From contig JBMCHT010000002.1 of the NCBI GenBank assembly GCA_048617235.1, positions 1 through 61,898 of the forward strand: a stretch of 61,898 nucleotides of DNA. Direction: 5' to 3'. This document shows positions 18,982 to 27,887 of the stretch, in pieces. Under the pieces are notes generated by a model. It worked only from the letters and a program-made list of their open reading frames with translations. It did no database searches and was not told the origin of the DNA. Positions within the stretch are counted from its first letter, which is position 1. Each line of letters starts with the position of its first letter. The translations under genes and the position numbers were made by a program. Source of the stretch: Patescibacteria group bacterium. Its GTDB lineage: Bacteria; Patescibacteriota; Minisyncoccia; Phycocordibacterales; XYD1-FULL-46-19.

Positions 18982-19585
18982 TATTATTGGGTGTCCATAA
19001 ATTTTTCCACCAATCTGAAGGATTAGTATTATAAATAGCCTGACCTAAATCCTTCCCGGCTTTAGTTTTTAATCTTTTAAGTTGAGCATTGCTTTTTTCT
19101 TTTCCCTTGCCGGCATAAAGCCAAATAGTGGCCTCTTTATTGCCAATCCAATCATATTCTTTCAATAAGAGGATTTGATCCAACAAATCCGCATCTTTGG
19201 CTAAAATAGCTTCTTGACTTTCTCTGTCTTCATATTCATCTACAAACTCCTTTAATTCTTTATAAGGAAGATTCTCGGTTTGCTCTTTACTTATCTCATC
19301 TTCATAAACTGTGACATATTTTTTATGTACCCAATTATGATCATTACTTCGAGCCTCCGGGACATCATGCAACAAACTCATCATAACTGTTTTATAAGGA
19401 TCAGCTCCGGTCTTTTTAGCCAAAAACCAACTGATAATTGCCACTCGATAAGAATGAGAGGAAATACTGTCAGACATATCATCAGTTAATAAAACCTGAC
19501 GATGGGCTCTCATTATTTTTCTCATAGTCCCGATTTCATACAAAAAATCCGCTATTTGTTTTTGGTCTTTTTCTTTTTTGGTCAT
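18974..19585 (-). CDS. HD-domain phosphohydrolase (YfbR-like 5'-nucleotidase family)
   Basis: H...HD...D pattern (SHSYRVA, LLHDVPE, DADLLD). Confidence 0.7.
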   Translation of the reverse strand: MTKKEKDQKQIADFLYEIGTMRKIMRAHRQVLLTDDMSDSISSHSYRVAIISWFLAKKTGADPYKTVMMSLLHDVPEARSNDHNWVHKKYVTVYEDEISKEQTENLPYKELKEFVDEYEDRESQEAILAKDADLLDQILLLKEYDWIGNKEATIWLYAGKGKEKSNAQLKRLKTKAGKDLGQAIYNTNPSDWWKNLWTPNNRK

Positions 19586-19606
19586 ATTAAAATATAATAA
19601 ACAATT

Positions 19607-20848
19607 TTATTCATACCGCAAAGCTTCTATTGGGCTCTTCTCCGCGGCTTGCCAGGCCGGATAAATACCAAAAATCAAACCAATTAAAGCCGACACTCCC
19701 ACCCCCAATAAAGCGGCTGGAATTGGAAAAGCAAATGCCCAATCAGGAGATACGGTATAAGTCAAAACCACAGAAATTCCCCAAGCAACCACTCCGCCTA
19801 AAATTACTCCTACTAAACCACCTAAACTGGTTAAAATAATCGCTTCCAATAAAAATTGCTTTAATATATCTTCCCTGGTAGCCCCCAGGGCTTTTCTTAA
19901 GCCGATTTCTTTAGTTCTTTCAGTAACCGAAACCAACATTATATTCATAATTCCAATTCCACCAACCACCAAAGAAATACCAACCACCGCCACTAAAAAA
20001 GCGGTTAAGATTGAAGTGATAGCAGTAATTTGATCCAATAAACCTTGTTGGGTTTGAATATAAAAATCATTATCTTCTCCATAATTTATATTATGAGCTT
20101 CTCTTAAAGTAGCCGTAGCATCAAAAACCATTTTATCTACATTATCAACATCATCAGCCACCATCACAATTCGATCATAAAAATCCGCCCCGGATAAATA
20201 ACTCTGGGCAGTAGTATAAGGAATTAAAACCAAATCATCAAGATTAAAAAAAGATACCTGGCCTCGAGAAGGAAAAATGCCAATCACTCTGAATCGTTGA
20301 TCATTAATTCTAATAAATTCTCCCAAAGCTTCTTGATTGTTAAATAATTCATCTTTAACTTTAGAACCAATCAAAGCTACCCTAGATCTGGCATTAACCT
20401 CTTCCTCTTCAAAAATAATCCCTTCAGCCGGATAAATATTGAAAGTATCAATAAAAAAATCTGACTCTCCGCCTATAATAACCGGTCTATAATTATTATT
20501 AAGATAAGTGGTCTGACCGGATAATAAAATCATCGGGGTTATTTTTATCAAATTAGGAACATTGGACGGTCTTTTTAAAGCCTCTAAGCTATCTTCGGTT
20601 AAAGATTTAGTTAATAAAGTCTGAGCCAAATCTTGAAAGTCTTCTCCGGTACCCGGTAAAACTACCGCGGTTTCTGCCCCCATAGCACTAACCTCACCGA
20701 CAATTAATTCTTCCGCCCCCTTTCCTAGAGCCATTACTATAATAATAGCAGCTACTCCAATAACTATTCCCAAAATAGTCAAAACTGATCTAGATTTATG
20801 ATTTTTTAAACCATTCAAAGCAGTAATGATTGTGTGTTTTAAGTCCAT
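19607..20848 (-). CDS. ABC transporter permease, MacB/FtsX type
   Basis: One N-terminal TM segment, a large extracytoplasmic domain and a C-terminal FtsX-like 3-TM domain. Confidence 0.85.
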   Translation of the reverse strand: MDLKHTIITALNGLKNHKSRSVLTILGIVIGVAAIIIVMALGKGAEELIVGEVSAMGAETAVVLPGTGEDFQDLAQTLLTKSLTEDSLEALKRPSNVPNLIKITPMILLSGQTTYLNNNYRPVIIGGESDFFIDTFNIYPAEGIIFEEEEVNARSRVALIGSKVKDELFNNQEALGEFIRINDQRFRVIGIFPSRGQVSFFNLDDLVLIPYTTAQSYLSGADFYDRIVMVADDVDNVDKMVFDATATLREAHNINYGEDNDFYIQTQQGLLDQITAITSILTAFLVAVVGISLVVGGIGIMNIMLVSVTERTKEIGLRKALGATREDILKQFLLEAIILTSLGGLVGVILGGVVAWGISVVLTYTVSPDWAFAFPIPAALLGVGVSALIGLIFGIYPAWQAAEKSPIEALRYE

Positions 20849-20850
20849 GA

Positions 20851-21573
20851 TTATTTAAGAAAAATTTGGCCGTTTTTTATTTTCTTTTTCTTCTCAACTA
20901 ACTGATCACTCTCAATTTTACCATCTTGGAGCGTAATAATTCTGTCGGCATATTGAGAAGTCTCCGCCTCATGAGTGATTAGAATAATAGTATGGCCCAA
21001 ATTCTCATGTAAATTTTGAAGAGTTTCAATAACCACCTGTCCTGATTTAGAATCTAAATTACCGGTTGGTTCATCGGCAAAAATAACCTTAGGGTTATTA
21101 ATTAAAGCTCGGGCGATAGCTGTTCTTTGTTTTTCTCCTCCAGATAATTTATAAGTTTCATAATCTATTCGATGACTCAAACCGACTAAATCAACCACTT
21201 CCTCTACTTTTTGCTCCCAATTTTTAGCTGATCGCTTAGAATACATTAGAGGTAGAGTTACATTTTCTCTCACAGTTTGTCGTGGCAAAAGATTAAAAGC
21301 TTGAAAAACAAAACCTACCTCTTCATTCCGTAGTCGAGCCAATTCCTCATCATTTAATTTATCGTAATTTTGATTATTAAATTTATAAACCCCACTGGTC
21401 GGTTCTAATAAAAAACCCATAATATGCAAAAGAGTGGATTTACCGGAACCGGAAGCCCCGATAATTGATACAAATTCCCCTTTTTCTATAGCAAAACTAA
21501 TATCATACAGAACATGAGTATCAACTCCACCATAAAAAATCTTATTTAAATTTTTAATTTCAAATAAGGACAT
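20851..21573 (-). CDS. ABC transporter ATP-binding protein (MacB/LolD-like)
   Basis: Walker A GASGSGKST, signature LSGGEKQR and Walker B IFADEPTG. Confidence 0.9.
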   Translation of the reverse strand: MSLFEIKNLNKIFYGGVDTHVLYDISFAIEKGEFVSIIGASGSGKSTLLHIMGFLLEPTSGVYKFNNQNYDKLNDEELARLRNEEVGFVFQAFNLLPRQTVRENVTLPLMYSKRSAKNWEQKVEEVVDLVGLSHRIDYETYKLSGGEKQRTAIARALINNPKVIFADEPTGNLDSKSGQVVIETLQNLHENLGHTIILITHEAETSQYADRIITLQDGKIESDQLVEKKKKIKNGQIFLK

Positions 21574-21584
21574 AGGCTGTCTGT

Positions 21585-23165
21585 TTAATTACCTCTAAAA
21601 GTTAAAACTCGGTCACCGGCAACCAAACCTTCTACAACCTCCACCCAGCCGTCATAACCGCGTAAACCGGTCTTAACTTCCTTTTCTACCCAATCATTAT
21701 CTTCCCACACTCTGACCATAGTCCGACCGTTACTTCGATCCAGTGCTCGAGATGGTACTGCCAAAACAGACTCTCGTCGAGCTGTTTCTATATCAATATC
21801 CGCAGTTAAACCGGCCAATAATTTAGCAGGTGCTTGTTTTAAAAGTAATTTAGTTTTAAATTGAACCACCCCACTTTGTCTTTCAGCCTGAATTGCTACA
21901 AAAGTAACTTCAGCCTCAAATTCCTGCCCTCGAAAAGCATCAAAAGATACTTTGGCTTTATCGCCCACCTCTACTTCGGCAATATCCACTTCCGGAATAT
22001 AAACCACTAATTCAAATTCTTTTTCTGTAATAATTCTAAACAACACTTCCCCGGCTGTTGCTATTTCACCAACTTCTTTATTGACAGCAATAACTTGACC
22101 GGCCAAAGGGGCAGTTATTACGGTTTTAGTTATATCTAAATCTAGAGCTTCAACCGCTACTTGAGCTTGCTTAACCGCCGCTTCTTGAATCGCAATTTGT
22201 TCAGCTCGAGCCGGGGATATAGATCTCTCATAGGAAGCTTCTACTTGCCCGAGAGTCGCTTTAGCTTTAGCTAAATCCTGCTCGGCTCGTTCTATGGCAA
22301 TATCCTTACTTTCTAAAGCCGACTGGTAAGCATTCAATTTGGTAGCATAATATTGAGATCGGTGATTAGGAACAAAAATAGTCCACTCTAAAGAACTACC
22401 GGTGGCAAAATCATCCGGAAACTGAATATATAAACCTCGATTGCCTAAAGGTTTCGGTTCAGCAGTGGAAACTCCGGTTATCCCTTTTTCCAAACCCTCA
22501 TAACGAGCTGAATAGCCTGATGATTGCCCTGAAGGATATAAACTAATAACATATTGCCCTGTTTCTGTGTGATTATAAGTTCCGGAAACGGTAGGCGGAG
22601 TATAAGAAAAATAACTATCCTCTTGACCACCGTCGGTTAAATAAGCTTGAATATCGGTGGACAACAAATCTCGCCTGGCATTATTAACGGCTAAATTTTG
22701 TTCTTGTTTTATTAAATCTAAATTCTCTTCCGCTTCAGACACCGTTAATTGAGCCGAGGTTAATTCCGCCTCTGAGACTGAGCGCAAAACTTCATCCGCT
22801 CCGGCTAATAATTCTGTTAATTTAGCCTGTTCCGCTTCTAATTTAGCTAGAGCTTGCCTTTTTTGTGATTGCAAAGAAGAATTATTTAATAAAGCTAAAA
22901 TATCTCCTCTTTTAACCTCCATCCCTTCTTTGGCTAATAAATCAATAATTTTTTCAGACACCTGAGTAGCTACCAAGACTTCTTCTACCGGTTTTACCTC
23001 ACCGCTTTCACTGACTATTTGGACAATTGTTTTCGGTTCTACTTCTATAAATTCAATTTTATCATCTCCATTACCGCTTAATAATTTCCAAACCACAAAA
23101 ACAACCACCAAACCAACCCCTAACCAATAATATTTATTTCCAAGTAATTTTTTTAATTTAAACAT
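21585..23165 (-). CDS. HlyD/MacA-family membrane-fusion (periplasmic adaptor) protein with an enlarged middle region
   Basis: N-terminal TM segment, lipoyl-like and coiled-coil segments, and a C-terminal beta-barrel-like region. Operonic with the MacB-type pair. Confidence 0.75.
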   Translation of the reverse strand: MFKLKKLLGNKYYWLGVGLVVVFVVWKLLSGNGDDKIEFIEVEPKTIVQIVSESGEVKPVEEVLVATQVSEKIIDLLAKEGMEVKRGDILALLNNSSLQSQKRQALAKLEAEQAKLTELLAGADEVLRSVSEAELTSAQLTVSEAEENLDLIKQEQNLAVNNARRDLLSTDIQAYLTDGGQEDSYFSYTPPTVSGTYNHTETGQYVISLYPSGQSSGYSARYEGLEKGITGVSTAEPKPLGNRGLYIQFPDDFATGSSLEWTIFVPNHRSQYYATKLNAYQSALESKDIAIERAEQDLAKAKATLGQVEASYERSISPARAEQIAIQEAAVKQAQVAVEALDLDITKTVITAPLAGQVIAVNKEVGEIATAGEVLFRIITEKEFELVVYIPEVDIAEVEVGDKAKVSFDAFRGQEFEAEVTFVAIQAERQSGVVQFKTKLLLKQAPAKLLAGLTADIDIETARRESVLAVPSRALDRSNGRTMVRVWEDNDWVEKEVKTGLRGYDGWVEVVEGLVAGDRVLTFRGN

Positions 23166-23201
23166 TAATTTATCTTACTATAATAATTTCCAAATAAAAA
23201 C

Positions 23202-24329
23202 TTATTTAATTTTAACAACCATATTCGGCAACTCATCAGTGGCTACTATTTTAAAATTAATTCTACCTACCACTTGTCCTCTAACTGTCTCCACATCTAC
23301 CCGGAACCGTCCCGGAAACAGTCGTTGGCTAAAAGAATAACCACGATAACCGCCGTCTCGACCACCAACCATTGGAAATTGAACTCGACTAATTGTCTGC
23401 CAACCGGATTTAGGATCTTTATATTGCCAGCGATGGATTATATCTGTTTCCAATTCAGTGGGAGCAAAAACCGAAGCAAAAACATATACGGTAGAATTCT
23501 CTTTCGTTAAATGCACTTGCTGACCGGGTAACCACCGCTCCCACCAAGATTGCTTCTCAGCTACCACTTCATAATCACCGGTAGACAACCTGGAGACTTC
23601 ATGATAAACCCCGGCCTCTCGCATAGATAAAGGAATCGGTGGAATAAAATTAAAAAAATACAAACCATTCATTACGGTAAATATTATTAATACCGCCAAA
23701 GCCATTCTGGTACGTTTAGCTTTTAAAACCGGTACCAATAAATTAAGAATAAAAAAATAAATCACAAAAATACCCAAACTAATCAAACCGGCCATTAAAA
23801 ACCACAAAGCTCCCATTTGTTTGGTCCAAAAAGGTAAAATTAAAACCAAATAAGAAAAAATAATAAAATAATAAACACTCAATCTAATAATGGTTCTTAA
23901 ATAATATTTTTTTAAAATATCATTACTAATCATTAAAAAGATTATCAATAAGATAAAAGGCCAACTGGCTGAAAAAGCACCACTAAACCAATAAAAAATA
24001 AAAAAACCACTCAAGAGAGCACCAAAAGTATATTGAATCAATAAAGGAGAAAATAATCGCCCGTATTCCAACATACGCCCCCATCTACCTGCTAAACTTA
24101 GAGTGCCTTTATCATAAAAATGAACCCAAATTATAACCAAACCGGAAACTACTAAATGAGTGAAAAGTATCTTAAAAGATAAATCCAAATTTATATTTCG
24201 AAACATTATAAAGTCAGTAATTATTCCAAAAAGCAAAGCCCCGGGAATTAAATACCTTTCATAACTATGATACCAAGATTTAACTTTTTTTAGATTCCAA
24301 GAATAAAAAAACTTTTTAAAATTTATCAT
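23202..24329 (-). CDS. polytopic membrane protein with a C-terminal DUF2914-like soluble domain
   Basis: About 7 TM segments followed by HRWQYKD...GGRDGGYRGYS...GRFRVDV. Confidence 0.6.
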   Translation of the reverse strand: MINFKKFFYSWNLKKVKSWYHSYERYLIPGALLFGIITDFIMFRNINLDLSFKILFTHLVVSGLVIIWVHFYDKGTLSLAGRWGRMLEYGRLFSPLLIQYTFGALLSGFFIFYWFSGAFSASWPFILLIIFLMISNDILKKYYLRTIIRLSVYYFIIFSYLVLILPFWTKQMGALWFLMAGLISLGIFVIYFFILNLLVPVLKAKRTRMALAVLIIFTVMNGLYFFNFIPPIPLSMREAGVYHEVSRLSTGDYEVVAEKQSWWERWLPGQQVHLTKENSTVYVFASVFAPTELETDIIHRWQYKDPKSGWQTISRVQFPMVGGRDGGYRGYSFSQRLFPGRFRVDVETVRGQVVGRINFKIVATDELPNMVVKIK

Positions 24330-24344
24330 AAAAAATTGAAAAGA

Positions 24345-25226
24345 TTACAATCGCTCAAAAACCATAAAATAATCTTCACTCCCTAAAAGTAACGATTCAT
24401 TAGAGATTTCCAAAATATTTTCCACTTGAGATAAAGCGAAAATAAAATCCTCCTCTTGAGAATCAGGACAATACATTTTGGTTTGACCAATATCAAATAA
24501 AGATAAAGAATTATTTTCCACCAAATAAGAACCGAAACCGGAATTACAATCAGTGGTAAAATTAAAATCCCCACCTTGATTAAAAGTTAAAATAAACTGA
24601 TCCGCTTCCACCGGAGAAATAATACCGTCAATGGTTTCCATTTTTAACCAACGCCAACTACCTAACAACATACTTATTCCATCCTCTATTTCAGGCTCAT
24701 CCTCTCCCGGTCCACCGTGTATAAATTGAGCCGGTTCTCCATTGATTAAAATATTTACTTCTTTTACTTGAGAATTTTTTTTAACTGCTTGTTCTAAAAC
24801 AGCTTCCACTCGTGGTGGTTCACAAGTTCCTACCGAAATATAATCTCCATTTAAATAAATTTCTGCCTTCTCTCCTTTTATTTCCAATCGTTCAAAAGAC
24901 AAAGGTTTATAATCTTCCCCCCTGTCACCTAAATGATAAGCCAAAGGATTATGGTAATCGGTTCCGGCCACCAATTCTTCTCCGGTAAATAAATAATTTA
25001 AAGCCACCTTCGCCCCTCTTTCCCCTTTAATCGCTTTTTGAGACATAAAAACCAAAACATCATCACAACCGATTAGCATTTCCGCTGTTTCTGTATTTGT
25101 CTCAGCTTGATCCAATTTAATAACCGGCACATAAACCGATTGTTTGTTATCAATATAAAAAACTCCAAAAATCAACAACAAAATAGCCCCGGCCATTAAT
25201 AAGGTTTTTAATAATTTTTGATGCAT
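24345..25226 (-). CDS. secreted protein with a C-terminal META (HslJ-like) domain
   Basis: Signal anchor. The C-terminal segment LLGSWRWL...FNQGG.F...DCN...Y is typical of META domains. Confidence 0.55.
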   Translation of the reverse strand: MHQKLLKTLLMAGAILLLIFGVFYIDNKQSVYVPVIKLDQAETNTETAEMLIGCDDVLVFMSQKAIKGERGAKVALNYLFTGEELVAGTDYHNPLAYHLGDRGEDYKPLSFERLEIKGEKAEIYLNGDYISVGTCEPPRVEAVLEQAVKKNSQVKEVNILINGEPAQFIHGGPGEDEPEIEDGISMLLGSWRWLKMETIDGIISPVEADQFILTFNQGGDFNFTTDCNSGFGSYLVENNSLSLFDIGQTKMYCPDSQEEDFIFALSQVENILEISNESLLLGSEDYFMVFERL

Positions 25227-25280
25227 ACTTTAGTTACTAAGTTTAAACTGTGTGTAAATAATGTCAATCTAAACAGGTAA

Positions 25281-25306
25281 GCCCCCGTTGTTCAAACAAC
25301 AGGGGC
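25281..25306. terminator. GC-rich hairpin between convergent/divergent units; orientation ambiguous
   Basis: GCCCC-GTTGTT-loop-AACAAC-GGGGC. The T-run lies on the plus side and the A-run on the minus side. Confidence 0.4.
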
Positions 25307-25312
25307 TTTTTG

Positions 25313-25462
25313 TCAGTGAAACGGATAGGGTCTAAAAGCCATCTTCTGACCACAATCCGGACAAAGAGGGCCTATCTCCAGTTCGTCATACCAAATCGGT
25401 TCAGATCCGGACTGACAATCAGGATTGACACAAACCCACCGCCCTCTACTTTCTATAGACAT
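25313..25462 (-). CDS. small zinc-ribbon protein (49 aa), GC-richer islet
   Basis: MSIESRGRWVCVNPDCQ...CPDCGQ contains two CxxC pairs. AAGGAGGTG lies 5 nt upstream of the ATG at 25462. Confidence 0.55.
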   Translation of the reverse strand: MSIESRGRWVCVNPDCQSGSEPIWYDELEIGPLCPDCGQKMAFRPYPFH

Positions 25463-25555
25463 ATAATCACCTCCTTTCTTTTTTTTAGAAAAACACACTT
25501 ATCAACATATTACAAGTCTGGTCAAAAGTATTTTTTTATTGCAAGATGAAAACCT

Positions 25556-26308
25556 ATGGCAAAAGATAAAAAAGGCGAAATATTTATTTACGGTAAACAT
25601 GTTTTAACCGAAGCTTTGTTAAATTACCCGGAAGCTATTTCTCAAGTTTTTTTAGATCATCAAAACCGTGGTGGAGACTTGGAGAAAGAAATTAAAAAAA
25701 CCGGTTTAAAAATTTTTGATTTCAGCCCTAAACATAAAACCATCAAAGAACAAGAAAGTCATCAAGGGGTAATAGCTAAACTTAATATTGAAAAAATTAC
25801 TAAAACCTATGATGAATTTATTCCTAATTTAAAAATATCCAATAAAACCGGCTTGGTTTTACTTGATGAAATTCAAGATCCTCATAATGTAGGTGCTATT
25901 ATCCGTTCAGCTGTCGCTTTTGGAATAAGTGGAATTTTAATACCTCAACACAGACAAGCTCCTTTGACCGGAACCATAGTCAAAGTCTCTTCCGGAATGG
26001 CTTTTCGTTTACCTTTAGTTAAAATCGGGAATATCAATCAAACTATCCGCGATCTTCAAGATCGTGGATTCTGGGCTTATGCTTTAACCGGCGGAGGAAA
26101 TACCTCTTTACCAAAAACCGTTTTTGACCGACCGTCAGTTTTTATTTTTGGTAACGAAGCTATTGGCATTAGAGCCAAAACCGAAGAAACGACAGATTTT
26201 AAACTAAGCATTCCCATGACTCAAAATTGTGAATCTTTAAATGTTTCCAATGCCGCCGCTGTTACCTTATACGCTTGGAATCAACAAATCAAAAATCAAA
26301 AAAATTAA
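25556..26308 (+). CDS. SpoU/TrmH-family RNA 2'-O-methyltransferase (RlmB-like)
   Basis: N-terminal substrate-binding domain plus SPOUT motifs (DPHNVGAIIRSA, IFGNEAIG, SLNVSNAAAV). Confidence 0.8.
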   Translation: MAKDKKGEIFIYGKHVLTEALLNYPEAISQVFLDHQNRGGDLEKEIKKTGLKIFDFSPKHKTIKEQESHQGVIAKLNIEKITKTYDEFIPNLKISNKTGLVLLDEIQDPHNVGAIIRSAVAFGISGILIPQHRQAPLTGTIVKVSSGMAFRLPLVKIGNINQTIRDLQDRGFWAYALTGGGNTSLPKTVFDRPSVFIFGNEAIGIRAKTEETTDFKLSIPMTQNCESLNVSNAAAVTLYAWNQQIKNQKN

Positions 26309-26718
26309 TTTTTAAGTTTATCAGCGTATTGACCTATAATTGGTAGAGGTTTTTCTTTTTTATTAATAGCATTGGCAATACCAATTACCATTAAAACCAA
26401 ACCCAAAATAAAACCAAAAAAAGAAATAATCCAACCTAAAATCGGAATAATACCAATAGCCATCATCACAACCCAGAAAATAATCAAAACTATTCCTTGC
26501 TTAATATGGTATTGAACAAAGGGTCTGTTATTGGCCACAAATAAAGGCACAACAATTAAAATCCCCAAATAAGCTAAAAGAGCCATAACCTTATCATCAG
26601 ATACCGCTTCACTTGTAACAGCGGATTCTTCAGCTGAAATTTCTTCTTCAGCCACGGCCTCTTCCGATGTATTTTCGGATTCTTTGGCTGTTTTTTCCTT
26701 TTTATTTTCTTCAGACAT
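26305..26718 (-). CDS. small membrane protein (DUF4870-like) with an acidic N-terminal tail
   Basis: LLAYLGILIVVPL....HIKQG pattern. Confidence 0.5.
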   Translation of the reverse strand: MSEENKKEKTAKESENTSEEAVAEEEISAEESAVTSEAVSDDKVMALLAYLGILIVVPLFVANNRPFVQYHIKQGIVLIIFWVVMMAIGIIPILGWIISFFGFILGLVLMVIGIANAINKKEKPLPIIGQYADKLKN

Positions 26719-26792
26719 AATAAATATAAAATATTAAATTTATAATAACCTATTATAACATTTTAAAAATTAATTAAAATATCAAGCTTTTA

Positions 26793-27545
26793 TTATTCAG
26801 AAAAAATATCAACAGCTCTTTCCCGATAACGACAATAATCACAATCCGGATCAGCCGGCGGTATTTCTTTTTTTTCTAAAACTTCTTTTATATTTTTTAA
26901 AGTCGGTTCTATCCAAGTATCACTACCGGTATAAGGAATCAAGGTAATATCAAATTCCAACTTAGCATCAAATTTTTCATTATTTAAAATACCGTTACAG
27001 TAAACAAAATAACCGGTATCCGAAACCTTTAGATTATTTTGTCGCAGTAACCATTGATAAACTTCCATTTGTCTTTTATATCCATCTTGCCAAGCCTTAT
27101 CTAATTCAACAATCCTTTCGCTTTTGGCTGTAGCTTTATAATCTACCACCAAATATTCGCCTTTGGAATTTATCCATAAATCATCTATAGCTCCAGTGAC
27201 TAAAAAACCGGTAGTTGGATGTTGAAATTGAACTCCTTGAAAGTTTTCTCGCCAAATATCCAACAATTCGTGATCAACCGGTCGGGCATCCACCTGATAA
27301 CGCTCTATTAATTCATGAGTTTGTCCGTGAACTCGCAATAGATCAAATTCTTTTTTCAATAATAAATCCACCGCACTGTTTAAAGCAAATGGATAACCCG
27401 GCGGTCGCTTTAATCCCAGTTTATTATCTAAATAAAAACAACGCGGACATTCCAAAAATAAATCTATCTTGGATCGACTTAATTTCCAATTTTTACCCCC
27501 ATAATTATAATTATCTCCTCGTTTGGGATTATAATAATCAGACAT
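26793..27545 (-). CDS. PD-(D/E)XK (RecB/Cas4-like) nuclease with N- and C-terminal CxxC pairs
   Basis: IDDL...VVDYK and QMEVYQ (QxxxY) motifs, with CPRC near the N-terminus and CDYC near the C-terminus. Start moved to MSDYYNP because the track ORF runs through the upstream terminator. Confidence 0.7.
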   Translation of the reverse strand: MSDYYNPKRGDNYNYGGKNWKLSRSKIDLFLECPRCFYLDNKLGLKRPPGYPFALNSAVDLLLKKEFDLLRVHGQTHELIERYQVDARPVDHELLDIWRENFQGVQFQHPTTGFLVTGAIDDLWINSKGEYLVVDYKATAKSERIVELDKAWQDGYKRQMEVYQWLLRQNNLKVSDTGYFVYCNGILNNEKFDAKLEFDITLIPYTGSDTWIEPTLKNIKEVLEKKEIPPADPDCDYCRYRERAVDIFSE

Positions 27546-27578
27546 ATATATACATCTTACCGTTATTTTATAAATAAG

Positions 27579-27614
27579 CAAAAAACGAAGACCCCGACAA
27601 CCAAGTTGTCGAGG
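27579..27614 (-). terminator. intrinsic terminator of the 61-aa GC-rich gene
   Basis: Minus-strand stem CCUCGACAA/UUGUCGGGG (one G-U pair) with a 5-nt loop, then UCUUCGUUUUUUGC. Confidence 0.7.
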
Positions 27615-27637
27615 CCCCACTCTTTCAAACATTGTTA

Positions 27638-27823
27638 TCACTCCTCCGCCATTCGCCGGGCAAACCCTTCAGCTCCACCGTGACTAATGTAATAGCTCAC
27701 TGCTTCACTATCAGTGGGTTTATGACCCAAAAATTGACCGGCAAACCAACGGTTTTCAGGACTCAAAGCTTCCTGAATTTGAGCCAGATTCCTCTGCTTC
27801 AACGCTTCTTTACTTAAAAACAT
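27638..27823 (-). CDS. small hypothetical protein (61 aa), GC-richer islet
   Basis: TAAGGAGG RBS upstream and a terminator 24 nt downstream. Confidence 0.55.
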   Translation of the reverse strand: MFLSKEALKQRNLAQIQEALSPENRWFAGQFLGHKPTDSEAVSYYISHGGAEGFARRMAEE

Positions 27824-27859
27824 AATGCCTCCTTATCGGTTAAATACCAACCTATGTTT

Positions 27860-27887
27860 ATTATAAAAAGTTAAAGATTATCTTCAA
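27860..27887 (-). promoter_or_regulatory. candidate promoter TTGAAG-N16-TATAAT for the 61-aa gene
   Basis: -35 at 27887..27882 and -10 at 27865..27860, read on the minus strand. Confidence 0.35.

Noticed and set aside
19607-23165. The MacA-MacB-type tripartite efflux genes could be something unusual.
   Set aside because: This is a standard ABC ATPase, FtsX-type permease and HlyD adaptor operon. Only the long adaptor middle region is slightly atypical.
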